Shown here piece after piece: positions 39,534-56,393 of a stretch of 64,000 nt of DNA (positions are counted from its first letter, which is position 1; each line of letters opens with the position of its first letter). The DNA is from an uncultured Chlamydiales bacterium (GTDB lineage: Bacteria > Chlamydiota > Chlamydiia > Chlamydiales > Rhabdochlamydiaceae), in contig OY969554.1 of assembly GCA_963700985.1 (NCBI GenBank), positions 1,344,001-1,408,000 of the forward strand. The letters are read 5' to 3'. The position numbers and the translations under genes were made by a program. The notes below the pieces were generated by a model. The model worked only from the letters and a program-made list of their open reading frames with translations, was not told the DNA's origin and made no database searches.

Positions 39534-40718
39534 TTGTCTATGACTATTTCAGAAGGTGCCGATTCTAAAACTGTATTAAAGCCCTCTAAAGCTGCGCCTG
39601 TTTTGGCCACTATTAAGGAGCGTTATGCATTAACTCGCCCAGGATCGAGCAAAGAGACCTATCATATCTCTCTGGATCTGAAAAATTTACCTGTCGATTT
39701 TATGGTGGGAGATTCTCTCGGGATTTTTGGTCAAAACGATCCTATCCTCGTGCAACACCTTCTTGAAGCAATGGGTGCCACTGGCACAGAAATCATCTGC
39801 GACTTACGCACACAAGAGATGCTCTCCGTACGTAGCTTTCTACTTTCGCGTGCAAACCTTTCAAGACTCACCTCTTCTTTTCTCAAACTCTTTTATGAAC
39901 ATGGACAGGACAGCCCAAATAAAGAGCGAATCTGCGCTCTTCTCGACAAAGAGAATAAACCTCTTTTGACGGACTATTTAAGAACGAACGATCCGTTAGC
40001 TCTACTTAAAGAGTATCGCGATGTAAAAGCTCCTCTGCAAGAATTGTGTAATCAATTTGGACCTCTGCTTCCACGTTTTTATTCTGTGGCATCCTCACGG
40101 AAACTAGTCAAAGACGAAGTGCACCTCACGGTGGCGCTATCTTCCTACACCCATGGCGGAGAGCGAAGGTACGGGGTTGCAAGTCACTTTCTTTGCCATC
40201 TAGCTGAAGTGAATAAAACGCCGATTCCTCTGTATGTACAATCAGCGCACAGCTTTAGGCTGCCTGAAAAAGAAGATGCGCCCATCATCATGATCGGCCC
40301 CGGAACGGGTGTCGCACCTTTCCGTGCCTTTATGCAAGAACGTCTCGCACTTGCACATTCGGGGAAAAGCTGGCTCTTCTTTGGTGAGCGCAACAGACAT
40401 AGTGAATACTTTTATGAAGAGTTCTGGAGCTCGCTTGTCTCTCAGAAAAAATTGCGATTAGATCTCGCCTTCTCACGCGATCAAGCGGAGAAAGTCTATG
40501 TACAGCATCGCATGGCTGAAAATGCTGCTGACATCTGGGCTTGGCTACAAGAAGGCGCGTATATCTACGTATGTGGTGACGCTGAAAGAATGGCTAAAGA
40601 TGTCGACGTAACCCTAGTTCGTATTGTGGAAGAACATGGTAAACTGAGTTCCGAAGAAGCGAAAGCCTTTGTAAAAGGACTTCGCACTCAAAAACGGTAC
40701 CTGCTTGATGTCTACTGA
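39534..40718 (+). CDS. cysJ: Sulfite-reductase flavoprotein-like FAD/NADPH oxidoreductase lacking the flavodoxin domain
   Basis: PRFYSVASS, MIGPGTGVAPFR, FFGER, YVCGDA..MAKDV, C-terminal DVY. Confidence 0.88.
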   Translation: MSMTISEGADSKTVLKPSKAAPVLATIKERYALTRPGSSKETYHISLDLKNLPVDFMVGDSLGIFGQNDPILVQHLLEAMGATGTEIICDLRTQEMLSVRSFLLSRANLSRLTSSFLKLFYEHGQDSPNKERICALLDKENKPLLTDYLRTNDPLALLKEYRDVKAPLQELCNQFGPLLPRFYSVASSRKLVKDEVHLTVALSSYTHGGERRYGVASHFLCHLAEVNKTPIPLYVQSAHSFRLPEKEDAPIIMIGPGTGVAPFRAFMQERLALAHSGKSWLFFGERNRHSEYFYEEFWSSLVSQKKLRLDLAFSRDQAEKVYVQHRMAENAADIWAWLQEGAYIYVCGDAERMAKDVDVTLVRIVEEHGKLSSEEAKAFVKGLRTQKRYLLDVY

Positions 40719-41940
40719 TCGTGGCTGCGCTAAAACTCGTTTAGCTCTTCTCTGGATGAATTTAAGTAGTGAGCCGCTGACAGCTCTTTATACGCTGCTG
40801 CCATTTATTCTACGCAAAGATATGCAGGCGTCGCTTCTGCAGCTATCCATCTTTATTACACTTAGGCCTGTGCTTTCCGTTTTCTCTTTTTATTGGAGTT
40901 CATACATCTCCAATCGGCGTGAAAAACTTAAGAACAACTTAATTGGCGCGTGGCTACTTGCTAGAGTGCCCTTCCTTCTACTTCCACTTATCGACAATGT
41001 CTGGTTTCTACTTTTAGCCGCCAGCTGCTACCAGCTTTTCAGCCGAGCTGGGAATCCAGCCTTGATTGAAATCTTAAAACTCAACATCCCTAAAACCCCA
41101 AGAGAAAAGGCCTTCTCATTCTATTATGTTTTAAGCTTCATTGAAAGTGTTGCCCTAGGCCTTACAATTGCCGATGTCTTAGATGGCAGCGGCGGATATT
41201 GGAGAATTCTCTTTTTGTTCGCCACGCTCATTGGATTAACTAGCATCCTGTTTCAGATGCGCATTCCAATCCCAAAAGATGAGAAGGAAGAGCGTGCGCC
41301 TTCGCGTCCGAATCTTATTGAACCTTGGAAACAGTGTTTTGCGCTGCTGCGAGCTAGGCCTGATTTCGCCCACTTTCAGTGGGGCTTTATGATCGGGGGC
41401 TTTGGCCTCATGCTCATTGCACCTGCACTTTCGCTCTTTTATGCGGATGATTTATCTCTCTCGCACGCTGATATCTCAATTGCACGCTTTGTGCTGATGG
41501 GAGTCGGTGTTGCCCTCTCTTCTTTCTTGTGGAGACGTGGAATTGAGAAGGTTCAGATCCATCGCCTGACCTCTTGGATCTTAATCGGTTTTGCCCTTTT
41601 CCCTCTTGCGCTGATGTGCGCGCCATATAGCAAAAACTTCCTCTACGTAGCCTTCTTTATCTATGGCATTGCTCAAGCCGGAAGCCATCTTCTTTGGAAT
41701 CTTTCCGGCACACTGTTCGCTGCCGAGGGTGATAGCTCTCCCTTTTCGACTACAAACATCCTGATGGTTGGGTTAAGAGGAGCCGTAGGTCCTTTGCTCG
41801 GCGGTCTGCTTTGCAACTTCTGCGGCACACTGCCAATGCTAGCCTGCGGCGTGCTGATCTCTCTTTACGGCTCATGGTACATGATCGCCAAAGGCCCAAA
41901 GAATATTCAAACCACAGAGACACAGAGAACACAGGGTTAA
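40705..41940 (+). CDS. MFS transporter
   Basis: About 12 hydrophobic segments in a 2x6 arrangement; substrate unknown. Confidence 0.85.
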   Translation: MMSTDRGCAKTRLALLWMNLSSEPLTALYTLLPFILRKDMQASLLQLSIFITLRPVLSVFSFYWSSYISNRREKLKNNLIGAWLLARVPFLLLPLIDNVWFLLLAASCYQLFSRAGNPALIEILKLNIPKTPREKAFSFYYVLSFIESVALGLTIADVLDGSGGYWRILFLFATLIGLTSILFQMRIPIPKDEKEERAPSRPNLIEPWKQCFALLRARPDFAHFQWGFMIGGFGLMLIAPALSLFYADDLSLSHADISIARFVLMGVGVALSSFLWRRGIEKVQIHRLTSWILIGFALFPLALMCAPYSKNFLYVAFFIYGIAQAGSHLLWNLSGTLFAAEGDSSPFSTTNILMVGLRGAVGPLLGGLLCNFCGTLPMLACGVLISLYGSWYMIAKGPKNIQTTETQRTQG

Positions 41941-42093
41941 GAAAGAGAGATTATTTTTTCGCGAGCGAAGCGAAAAAACAACATCTTTGCGGCTTCGCCG
42001 ACATTCAGAAGGCGAAAGGATCGCGTTTTTTTGTTTCACTTACAAAAAAATGATCCTCTTTTCTTTACTCTATGTTCTCTGTGCCTCTGTGGT
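41911..42093. repeat. About 183-bp inverted-repeat element overlapping the MFS 3' end
   Basis: accacagagacacagagaacacagggttaagaaagagag pairs with ctcttttctttactctatgttctctgtgcctctgtggt; internal mini-hairpins cgcgagcgaagcg and cggcttcgccg. Confidence 0.8.
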
Positions 42094-42104
42094 GAGTCTT
42101 TGTA

Positions 42105-42608
42105 TTAACTATGCAACGCTGACTCGGTTGTGGTTAGAATGCAGAAGCACTGCAGACCTTCACCACGGCCAAAAGATGTTAAGCCATCTCCGGATGTCAC
42201 AGTAATGCCCACTTGACTAGGCGCGATTTTCATGATCGCCGCAACTTTTGCACAAATCTCGGGGATTCGACGCTGCAAGCGCGGCCTTTGGCCTTCGATA
42301 GAAAGCGCCACATGTTGCACGCGTTGCTTGCCCAATGTCTCAAGCGCCCTTTCCAAATAAACTTGGCTATCTTTGATGCCTTCCTTGCGGCAAAGATCAA
42401 TGGCCAACTTGCCTAAAATCGGCACGCCTGTAAGCGATGTAATCGCGTTACAAATCGCATGAAAAACCACATCGCCATCTGAATCGGCTGAAAGGCCAGG
42501 TGCATCCGCAAAGATGAGCCCTCCGATCACGCAGGATTTTTCTGAATCTTTAGGCAAAAAGCCGTGGCTGTCTTGCCCAATACCTACGCGTACTTGTGGA
42601 AAGGACAT
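42105..42608 (-). CDS. ispF: 2-C-methyl-D-erythritol 2,4-cyclodiphosphate synthase
   Basis: RVGIGQDSH, SDGDVVFHAICNA, GRGEG. Likely start MSFPQ at 42608 (ORF track 42629). Confidence 0.93.
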   Translation of the reverse strand: MSFPQVRVGIGQDSHGFLPKDSEKSCVIGGLIFADAPGLSADSDGDVVFHAICNAITSLTGVPILGKLAIDLCRKEGIKDSQVYLERALETLGKQRVQHVALSIEGQRPRLQRRIPEICAKVAAIMKIAPSQVGITVTSGDGLTSFGRGEGLQCFCILTTTESALHS

Positions 42609-42777
42609 GTGTTCACCCAAAATTTTCAATTGGCTAGATCATAGCCATTTTTCTTTTTTTCTAAGGGAAAATCTAATTTAGCCAATCTGCTTAATAAAAA
42701 ATTCATTGCTAACAATATTCTGAAGAGCTAAAAAAGTTCCTTTATAAAGTTTTAACAATCCAGATCTACTCTACTGA

Positions 42778-47145
<4,368 letters not shown>

Positions 47146-47163
47146 GGATAAGAGGTTCATTTT

Positions 47164-48099
47164 ATGAAATTCAAAACAATGCTTCTGTTCTTGGCCATCT
47201 CAATTGTCTTCATTAATTTATTCATGTATGCAAAAGAACCATTGCAAGCTGTTGATCGAAAAGAAAAAAAACACAACTTATCTATCTGTGCAATTTTTAA
47301 GAATGAAGCTAAGTTTCTGAAAGAATGGATCGAATATCATCGATTAGCCGGAGTCGACCATTTTTATCTTTATGACAATGGAAGCACAGATCGTTTTAAA
47401 GAAATACTCAACCCCTATATTAAAGATAAAGTTGTAACGCTAATCTATTGGCCAGAACGTGCCGATGAGACATCTGAAGAAAAAGCATTTGCTTGGGCCT
47501 TAAGCACTCAAGTTCCCGCTTATGAAAATGCAGTGAAATTTCGTGCACTGAATGAAACTACATGGCTCGTTTGCCTTGGCGTCCATGAGTTTCTTGTGCC
47601 ACCAAACGCTAACAGCCTCGTAGAAGTTTTGGAAAAATACAGAGATTATCCAGGCGTGACTCTTGCGAGTGATTTTTTTGATTCATCACAAGGCAATATC
47701 TTACCTCGAAGAAAATTACTGGTTCAAACGCTGGAACTCACCAAGGCTCCTTGGCAAAATCCTCAAAAAAGCGTTTCTAAAACCATTTTCAAACCAGCTT
47801 TATGCGAAGGCTTTCTCTGGCCACCTTATCAGTGTCTATTTAAAGATAATCAAATGGCTGTGATAGTAAGAAAAGATGAGATGCGCATCAATTATTATGC
47901 AAATCGAGATAAGAGCTATCTCTATTTTGATTCGCCAAAAAGCAAGTTGTACATCGATAATCGACTCTTAGCCGAAAGTGCAACAAGCGAGCTATTGGGC
48001 ATGGATTATGAAATCGAAGATCAAGAGCGTGCAATTTACCGTTTTGTACCGGCTCTTCTTAGCAAAATGGGCTTCGACTCTTCAGACTGGGGCTGGTAA
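47164..48099 (+). CDS. GT92/GT2-like glycosyltransferase-fold protein with N-terminal signal/TM segment and degenerate DxD
   Basis: LSICAIFKNEAKFLKEWIEYH..GVDHFYLYDNGSTD; WLVCLGVHEF where the family typically has W..xDxDEF. Confidence 0.85.
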   Translation: MKFKTMLLFLAISIVFINLFMYAKEPLQAVDRKEKKHNLSICAIFKNEAKFLKEWIEYHRLAGVDHFYLYDNGSTDRFKEILNPYIKDKVVTLIYWPERADETSEEKAFAWALSTQVPAYENAVKFRALNETTWLVCLGVHEFLVPPNANSLVEVLEKYRDYPGVTLASDFFDSSQGNILPRRKLLVQTLELTKAPWQNPQKSVSKTIFKPALCEGFLWPPYQCLFKDNQMAVIVRKDEMRINYYANRDKSYLYFDSPKSKLYIDNRLLAESATSELLGMDYEIEDQERAIYRFVPALLSKMGFDSSDWGW

Positions 48100-48211
48100 C
48101 TGCATTAAGAATTGCTAGATAGCTTTTGGAGTACGCGAACTTGTCAAAAATTTCTTTATTAGCATCGAGACGAGTCGCTATATTCCTCATGAAAAAGTCA
48201 TCCGGAAAGAT

Positions 48212-48258
48212 AAAAAAAGAGCCCTCACCTTTTTAGGATGAAGGCTCTATTTGTTTTT
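48212..48258. terminator. Probable bidirectional terminator
   Basis: aaaaaaagagccctca...tgaaggctctatttgttttt between convergent genes. Confidence 0.6.
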
Positions 48259-48271
48259 GAAGCGTTGCAGT

Positions 48272-49840
48272 TTATGGGAAGTTAACGTTGATGATTTGGC
48301 TTTGCGATTGCTGATTATTTATAGCAGCAACACCATATGTTGTGGCGCCGTTTTGCACCTTATTGTCATCAATGATACTTAATATATCGGCATCAACCTG
48401 CACGAAAAAGGTTCCATTGCGATAAACATTATATGCAACAACGCTTGGATCTGTGCTCGCTGTCCAGCTTACTTTGTTGTAATATTCGCTAAAAACACCA
48501 AAATTATTCACATGCTGGGTAACAGTTGGACTTGAAGGGGGCAGAACGAGCGCCCTTTTTCCTTCTACTGCTTGGATTATGCTATTTGTGCCATTGTAAT
48601 TGATCCAAACAGCCGCTGCATTAATCGCATTTCCAGTGAGGGTTGCTGCTAATCTTGGAAATCCATTATCTGTGCCTGTAGAAAGATTAAGGGGAACAGA
48701 CCAAACAGTTTGCATAAAACCCGAAAAATTCATCTCCGAAGACTGCATAATTAGAGAATTCCCATTGTAAAACATATATGCAGTAAGCGCGTCGCCAATC
48801 GAACTCACAGCGAGATCTGCCTCAAACCCATACACACTATTTACAATTTCAACAGGAGCACTCCAATTCCCTCTCAATGGTAACACAGCTGATTGAATAT
48901 CAAAAGTTGCACCATCCAAAGATGTGTTCCATAGGGCAATCGCATTTCCGTTCGCATCAAAACCCACACGAGCTATGAGGCTAGCAGGATTATAAATTCC
49001 ATGAGCTGAAAGATTGACCGAAGATCCCCAAGAGCCAATTGCTGAATTCAGAAATGCCGATTGAACAACCACATTTGAATAGAGAGAACTTGCCACATTA
49101 AACCCATACCAGACTGCTACAGCATTAGCGTTTGCATCGACTGCCACATGCGCATATGCGGCATTGTTAGTTGCATTTGAAATGGCTGTTTGTGCAGTCC
49201 ATGAACCAGAAATGGGTTTACTTGCTGAATATACGACATTTGTAGATCCAGATGTACTATGCCATACGACAAAGGCCTTTGTGCTTGCTCCAGAACCACC
49301 GATTGCAACATGTGGAGAGGTTGCTGCGGTGCTGGTAATTGTAGCGTGCGCTTGCCAGCCTGCTCCGAAAAGTTTTGTCGACGATTCAATGTTGTTACTT
49401 CTTACCCAAACTGCAACTACATCGCCTGCAGAATCCACGGCTAGATCTGGCGAAGAGGCTCCTGAAGACGAGAGCGCAGTTGAAGAAGTCCAGCTTCCAC
49501 TGAAAGGTTTTGTCGCACCATAAACAATGCCGCCTACTAACCAGATAGCTGCCGCATTGCCGCTAGAATCCGAAGTGATCCGTGGAGATGAAGCACCTGA
49601 AGCTGATAAAGTCACCGGCGCGCTCCAACTCCCACTTAGATGCTTTGAACTGGATTTAACCAATCCATTTTCTACCCATGCGGCCACTAGATTGCCACTT
49701 GCATCTATCGCAATCTGTGGATCAGAAGCATTTAGGGTCACGGTCGAGAGCGTGGCAGGAGGAAATGACCATTGGATATTGTTCGCCATTAAACATGAAA
49801 ATGAAAACATTGTTAAAATGAGAATCGATAATTTTTTCAT
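48272..49840 (-). CDS. Exported beta-propeller-like repeat protein with C-terminal Fn3-like domain (paralogue 1)
   Basis: Signal MKKLSILILTMFSFSCLMA; repeats 'P-x-(I/L)A(I/V)D-x-x-G-(N/D)-x-x-A-(V/A)-W'; C-terminal VSWTASTDP..YNVYRNG. The ORF track starts at 49888. Confidence 0.8.
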   Translation of the reverse strand: MKKLSILILTMFSFSCLMANNIQWSFPPATLSTVTLNASDPQIAIDASGNLVAAWVENGLVKSSSKHLSGSWSAPVTLSASGASSPRITSDSSGNAAAIWLVGGIVYGATKPFSGSWTSSTALSSSGASSPDLAVDSAGDVVAVWVRSNNIESSTKLFGAGWQAHATITSTAATSPHVAIGGSGASTKAFVVWHSTSGSTNVVYSASKPISGSWTAQTAISNATNNAAYAHVAVDANANAVAVWYGFNVASSLYSNVVVQSAFLNSAIGSWGSSVNLSAHGIYNPASLIARVGFDANGNAIALWNTSLDGATFDIQSAVLPLRGNWSAPVEIVNSVYGFEADLAVSSIGDALTAYMFYNGNSLIMQSSEMNFSGFMQTVWSVPLNLSTGTDNGFPRLAATLTGNAINAAAVWINYNGTNSIIQAVEGKRALVLPPSSPTVTQHVNNFGVFSEYYNKVSWTASTDPSVVAYNVYRNGTFFVQVDADILSIIDDNKVQNGATTYGVAAINNQQSQSQIINVNFP

Positions 49841-49899
49841 AAGTCGACCTTTTGTATGATTAGCCTGGGAATCAAATCCCTTTGACAAATCAGTTTCGG

Positions 49900-49928
49900 A
49901 AAAATCCCCCCTCTTCAGAAGGGGGGCG
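49900..49928 (-). terminator. Intrinsic terminator downstream of paralogue 2
   Basis: On the minus strand: ccccccttc-t-gaagagggggg followed by attttt. Confidence 0.6.
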
Positions 49929-49970
49929 ATTAATATGGTCTTCGACCACCTATCTTAAGAATAGTCACGT

Positions 49971-51569
49971 TTAAGGAATGATAACTGTCTGAGTTGCGCT
50001 TTGGTCATATTCAAAATCGAAAGCTGCGACGCCATATACTGTCGGCGATCCGGTGCCGGTTTGCGGCTGGTTATGATCAACTACTGATGTATTAGGAACG
50101 GGCACTTGAGTATAAAGAACACCATTACGGTAAATGACGTACCCTTGTAGATTCGGATCTGTGCTTGCAGTCCAACTTACCGTGTTAACATAATCCGTAT
50201 AGACCCCATAATTTGTCGGCGTCTGCGAAACACTTAAATTAGTTGGAGGCATGATAACAGTTTTTGATCCTGTTGCCGCATTGACTCTAGTATTAGAGCC
50301 ATCAAAGTAAAGCCATACAACCGCGGCATTGATTGTGTTGCCTGAAAGAGCTGTGGCACCTTTTGGAAAACCATTATCAGTCCCTGTAGAGATAGTCTGC
50401 TGTGGCGAAAATGCATTAGCGATAAAACCGCCGAAATCTGTTTCAGCGACATCAATATCCGCATTTGTCCCATCAAAGAATATAAATGGCACTAGCGCGC
50501 TTCCTATCGAATTGATGGCTAGATCGGCCTGAAAGGCATATGGATTTTCACCATTGATTATAACTGATCCAGCAAAAGGTTGCCCAACTTGCAGAGAGGC
50601 AGATTCAATATTAAAATTTGAACCATCGATGGATCTGGTCCAGACCGCGATCAAATTTCCACTTGCATCATATGCAGTTTTTAAACTGAGGGTACTTGGG
50701 TCGCGCATGCCTGGATTCGATACCGTAAATGGCGTAGTCCAGGTAGTTGCTCCTGAGAGCAAAAATGAGGCAACGACAAGATCGTTGATGAAAACGGGAG
50801 TCGCACCATTTGATTGAAACCAGAGCACTGCAGCATTCCCATTAATGTCGATAGCTACTTTTGGGTAGTTTTGATTATTGCCAGTTGTTAAAACTAGATT
50901 GTTGGTTGTACCCCAGCTTCCTCCAACCGTCGAAATGACCGCCTGAATCTGATCTGCAGAATTAATCACACTATGCCATGCAACAATAACCTCGTGCCCT
51001 GTCCCATTGGAAATTGCAACCTGTGGATTACCCGAAACATTGGAAGAAGTAAGCATGCTCACTGAGCCCCAGCTTCCGCCCGAGAGTTTCGTTGCCGTTT
51101 CGATCAATGAATTGCGAGCCCAGACCGCTATAGCATCTCCGTTATTATCAACAGCCAGTGAGGGAGTCGAAGCTACACCTCCGGTTAAACTAGATACAGA
51201 AGTTTCTGCACTCCAACTGCCCCCAACTGGCATCGTTGCAGAACTAATCACACCATTTTCCACCCAAACGGCGATCACATTTCCACTCGAATCGATCCCG
51301 AGAAGAGGTGACGAAGCCGTAGAACCCGACAAGGTTGTAAGAGCGCCCCAGCTTCCGCCTGAAGGCATGGTGCTCGATTTAATTACAGCGCCTTCCACCC
51401 AAGCTGCCGTGATATTGCCGCTTGTGTCCATAACAACTTGAGGATCTAAGGCATTTACACCGGAACTTGAAATTGTAAGAGGAGAATTCCAAGCAAGATC
51501 ATTACATATTCCTTGAGAGAAGGAAAATATAGCTAAAATTAGGATCAGCATCTTTTTCATATTTACCAC
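49971..51569 (-). CDS. Exported beta-propeller-like repeat protein with C-terminal Fn3-like domain (paralogue 2)
   Basis: Same repeats and tail (VSWTASTDPNLQGYVIYRNG); signal MKKMLILILAIFSFSQGIC. Confidence 0.8.
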   Translation of the reverse strand: MVNMKKMLILILAIFSFSQGICNDLAWNSPLTISSSGVNALDPQVVMDTSGNITAAWVEGAVIKSSTMPSGGSWGALTTLSGSTASSPLLGIDSSGNVIAVWVENGVISSATMPVGGSWSAETSVSSLTGGVASTPSLAVDNNGDAIAVWARNSLIETATKLSGGSWGSVSMLTSSNVSGNPQVAISNGTGHEVIVAWHSVINSADQIQAVISTVGGSWGTTNNLVLTTGNNQNYPKVAIDINGNAAVLWFQSNGATPVFINDLVVASFLLSGATTWTTPFTVSNPGMRDPSTLSLKTAYDASGNLIAVWTRSIDGSNFNIESASLQVGQPFAGSVIINGENPYAFQADLAINSIGSALVPFIFFDGTNADIDVAETDFGGFIANAFSPQQTISTGTDNGFPKGATALSGNTINAAVVWLYFDGSNTRVNAATGSKTVIMPPTNLSVSQTPTNYGVYTDYVNTVSWTASTDPNLQGYVIYRNGVLYTQVPVPNTSVVDHNQPQTGTGSPTVYGVAAFDFEYDQSATQTVIIP

Positions 51570-51705
51570 CTTTGCTAGCCCGATTTTTTGATGTTTCCTG
51601 CTTCAAAATCAGCAGAAAGTCCGCCTGTTTTTTGTGCAGATATTAAACTCTCCTCTCAGGCTGCTTTTTTGAAGAGCTCAATTCATTTTCTAAGAACCAA
51701 CGAAG

Positions 51706-53298
51706 TTAAGGAAGTGTGATTGTCTGAATTACACTCTGTTGTAACTGACCATCAAAAGCTGCTATGCCATATGTTACCGGAGATCCAGTGCCTGCTTGCG
51801 CTCTATTGTAATCCTCTATGGACGTAGTAGATGATGCCGCCGAAGCAAAAAAGATCCCATCACGGTAAACGGCATATCCCTGCAGGCCAGGATCTGTACT
51901 AGCGGTCCAGGTTATCGTATTGACATAGTCTATAAAGGCTCCAAAATTATTCGCGCTTTGTGAAACAGCTAGGCTCGTAGGAGGCAAAATTACAGATTTC
52001 GAACCAGTAACAGCGTTGATTCTAGTATTAGAACCATCGAAATTGATCCAAACAACAGCCCCATTAACGGTACTTCCATTGGTTGTTGTGGCTCCTCTCG
52101 GGAAAGCATTATCACTCCCGTTAGAGATCGTCAACGAGGGTGAGAAAGCGTTAGGTACGAAGCTGGCAATAAAAGCCTGGGTGACTTGAATAACCTCATT
52201 CGTCCCATCAAAAGTCATAAATGGCATCAAACCGGTTCCTGTTGAATCGATTGATAAGTCAATCTGTAAGTCATACACAGTTGAAGAGATAATTATGGGT
52301 CCTTGCAGAGTTCCTTGAACTTGTAAGGTAGCAGCCGAAGTGTTAAAAACTGAACCATCGGGAGATTCAGTCCAAACTGCAATCGCATTTCCATTAGGAT
52401 CAAAACCACACTTAAGAGTTAGGTTTGCCGGATTACGCTCTGTTATATTTGAGATTTGAATAGGTTGATTCCAGCTGGCAGCTCCCTCAAGATGCAGCGC
52501 CCCGATAACTACTGTATTGATAAAATCAGAGCCTGAGAGATCATTTCGGAACCAGACTGCAATGATGCGGCCATTATTGGCTGCGATTTGCGGGAAACTG
52601 AAATTATGGCCCGCAGCTTGTGCAGTGATGAGATTTTGCGCAGTGCCCCAAGTGCCGCCAACCGTCGGCGCGACAGACGCCAGAATTTGATCTGCTCCAG
52701 AAGCTACAGCATGCCAAACTATCGCTGCCTCTCCGTCTGAACCGATAGCAACTTGTGGTGAATCAGAGGTAGCATTCGAAAATGCATTCACAGAACCAAA
52801 GTTTCCACCAGCAAGCTGCGTCGCTGTTTCAATAAACCCATTGCGCTCCCAAACAGCAATCGCATCTCCTGAACTATCGACCGCTAGGGCGGGAGTAGAG
52901 GCCGCGCCCCCTGTTAAACTAGATATAGAAGACTCAGCACCAAAGCTTCCACCTGAGGGCTTTGTGGCAGTATTAATCACACCATTTTCATTCCAAATGG
53001 CATACACATTCCCATTTGAATCGATGCCAAGACGAGGCGACGTTGCAGTTGAACCCGACAAAGTTTGCGGGGAACTCCAGGTTCCACTGGTGTACGTACT
53101 TGATTTAATTACGGTGCCTTCTACCCAAGCGGCTGTGACGTTTCCGCTTGTATCCATAACAACCCGGGGATCGGAAGCATTAACACCTGAATCTGAAATA
53201 GGTGTGGGAGAACCCCAATTAATATTATTACATATCCCTTGGGAAAAGGAAAATATAGCCAGAACTAGGATCAGCATCTTTTTCATAATTACCACCAT
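51706..53298 (-). CDS. Exported beta-propeller-like repeat protein with C-terminal Fn3-like domain (paralogue 3)
   Basis: Closely similar to paralogue 2 (signal MKKMLILVLAIFSFSQGIC; ITWTASTDPGLQGYAVYRDG). Confidence 0.8.
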   Translation of the reverse strand: MVVIMKKMLILVLAIFSFSQGICNNINWGSPTPISDSGVNASDPRVVMDTSGNVTAAWVEGTVIKSSTYTSGTWSSPQTLSGSTATSPRLGIDSNGNVYAIWNENGVINTATKPSGGSFGAESSISSLTGGAASTPALAVDSSGDAIAVWERNGFIETATQLAGGNFGSVNAFSNATSDSPQVAIGSDGEAAIVWHAVASGADQILASVAPTVGGTWGTAQNLITAQAAGHNFSFPQIAANNGRIIAVWFRNDLSGSDFINTVVIGALHLEGAASWNQPIQISNITERNPANLTLKCGFDPNGNAIAVWTESPDGSVFNTSAATLQVQGTLQGPIIISSTVYDLQIDLSIDSTGTGLMPFMTFDGTNEVIQVTQAFIASFVPNAFSPSLTISNGSDNAFPRGATTTNGSTVNGAVVWINFDGSNTRINAVTGSKSVILPPTSLAVSQSANNFGAFIDYVNTITWTASTDPGLQGYAVYRDGIFFASAASSTTSIEDYNRAQAGTGSPVTYGIAAFDGQLQQSVIQTITLP

Positions 53299-53662
53299 TT
53301 TGCAACCTGAGTTATTGAAATTTCACATCACAAAAATCAGCAAAACATTTGCTCATCTTTGTGTAGAATCAAACTCCCCGTCTGGGCTGCTGTTCTGAGG
53401 TGCTTAATCCATTTTCAAAGAATCAAAGAAGTTAAGGAAAATATTTATTAGTTACCAACATTTTTTTAATAACAAAACGACTGCCCTGTTTTATGAATCA
53501 TCAATTTCCCTAGGAAAATCATCAAAAAAAAATTTGTTTTCTTAATTTTTTCTTTAAAGTAATATGCGTTGCTTCTTAAGTTTAATGCTAGAGCTGCCCG
53601 TGAAGCGATCTCTTTTTCGCACATTTCATAATCCTCATCTTTGAATGACAATAAGCTTCTAA

Positions 53663-56377
<2,715 letters not shown>

Positions 56378-56393
56378 CAACGAAACCTAAAAT

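Noticed and set aside
39534-40718. CysJ lacking the flavodoxin domain as a possible pseudogene
   Set aside because: The ORF is intact with all FAD/NADPH motifs, and the short form is the usual chlamydial one.
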